Part shown: positions 63,414-64,000 of the stretch, piece by piece | Position numbering within the stretch: position 1 is the stretch's first letter | Layout: the number at the start of each line of letters is the position of its first letter | From: Thermodesulfobacteriota bacterium | Lineage (GTDB): Bacteria; Desulfobacterota_D; UBA1144; Nemesobacterales; Mycalebacteriaceae | Direction of reading: 5' to 3' | Length of the DNA stretch: 64,000 nucleotides | Assembly: GCA_965198945.1 (NCBI GenBank) | Contig: CBDAQI010000013.1 | Coordinates: forward strand, 62,428 to 126,427 | The notes under the pieces: generated by a model | Told to the model about the DNA's origin: nothing | Databases searched by the model: none | What the model saw: only the letters and a program-made list of their open reading frames with translations | Translations under genes and position numbers: made by a program

Positions 63414-63969
63414 AGTTTTTTCATCGCTTAAAAAACGGATTTCTTCCGTTTTTGCTCCCAAATCCCTTGCTGAAATTCCGCCGGAACTGCGCGCCGCGCT
63501 GGATCAACAAATGAACAACGAGAAAATTCTCCACTGTCTGAGGGTGGAAAAAGTTTTTTATAAAAACCCCTCTTCTTTTTCCGGAGAAACCTTTTTCCGT
63601 AACGTGGCGGTTCTCACTGATAAAAGACTTATTCTGGCAAAAGAATCTTCATCTTATCAAAAGATAAAAACTTTTTTTCTTGTGTCAGTCTCGGGTTGTG
63701 AATCTCATTCTGACAGCGGCAAACCGGCTTTGCTTGTGGAATTTTCCGACCGGTCTCAAGTCCGTCTTGTTTTCGCTTTTGATGACCCGGAGACGGGGGT
63801 TTTTGAAAACACGCTGAAACGCGTCCGCTCAGATCAGAAAGAAACCCGGACAGGCGGAGCCTTCTGCGGCCAGTGTGGAAAACAGAGTCGGGCGGGCGCG
63901 CGTTTTTGCCATGAGTGCGGAACACGGCTTGATTTTATAACTTCTGAAAATACAATGACTGATAAATAG
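63406..63969 (+). CDS. Hypothetical protein with C-terminal zinc-ribbon (CxxC…CxxC)
   Basis: 187 aa. C-terminus CGQCGKQSRAGARFCHECGTRL. The N-terminal ~140 aa have no family I can recognise. Confidence 0.45.
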   Translation: MFKVFSSLKKRISSVFAPKSLAEIPPELRAALDQQMNNEKILHCLRVEKVFYKNPSSFSGETFFRNVAVLTDKRLILAKESSSYQKIKTFFLVSVSGCESHSDSGKPALLVEFSDRSQVRLVFAFDDPETGVFENTLKRVRSDQKETRTGGAFCGQCGKQSRAGARFCHECGTRLDFITSENTMTDK

Positions 63970-64000
63970 TTTTGCGGAGAGATATTTTTATGCTTCATGG

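Overview
Dense bacterial chromosomal core region, about 50% GC, with nearly all genes in the first 26 kb on the minus strand. Almost every gene is housekeeping.

Genes present, in order:
- a 5'-truncated thrC plus a MoaD/ThiS-like gene
- the dnaK / gamma-CA-like / grpE / dnaJ chaperone block
- a TCA-cycle cluster: sucC, type-B sdhC-sdhA-sdhB, LDH-type mdh, icd, acnA
- a fatty-acid synthesis cluster: yceD-rpmF-fabD-fabG-acpP-fabF
- a stomatin (SPFH) / NfeD pair
- three tRNAs: Leu-GAG, initiator Met, Pro-CGG
- apgM, an MBL-fold hydrolase, polX, ligA, an M23 peptidase
- a roughly 1160-aa TamB-like protein
- cdsA, nfo, pdaD, proA, cysC, ndk, holA, rpsT, tal, ispA-xseB, hemC-hemA, folE
- an orphan NuoM-like subunit, an acyl-CoA ligase, an LLM oxidoreductase
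- hflX, an M20 peptidase, small-form cbiX, a GT-C glycosyltransferase, a metallophosphoesterase
- miaB-like, mnmA, murI, etfBA, rpiB, asd

No CRISPR array, IS element or prophage was seen.

Features the gene models do not explain:
1. A decayed DUF4160 / DUF2442 two-gene cassette sits between sdhA and sdhB.
2. Several +/-1 frameshifts occur at homopolymer runs, including in the essential genes holA and ligA, and also in polX, the tamB-like gene and possibly the GT-C gene. These look like homopolymer sequencing errors, but transcriptional slippage is an alternative.
3. A perfect-consensus sigma70 promoter drives a near-leaderless 34-codon hydrophobic ORF upstream of hflX. It shares a 12-mer, TTGACACCTCAC, with the dnaK promoter region.
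4. A membrane-anchored ankyrin-repeat protein is embedded in the TCA cluster.
5. The MoaD-like gene next to thrC has a 19-residue tail after its Gly-Gly motif.
6. sucC has no sucD partner, and plsX/fabH are missing from the fab cluster.

I did not find a single clearly novel multi-gene system.
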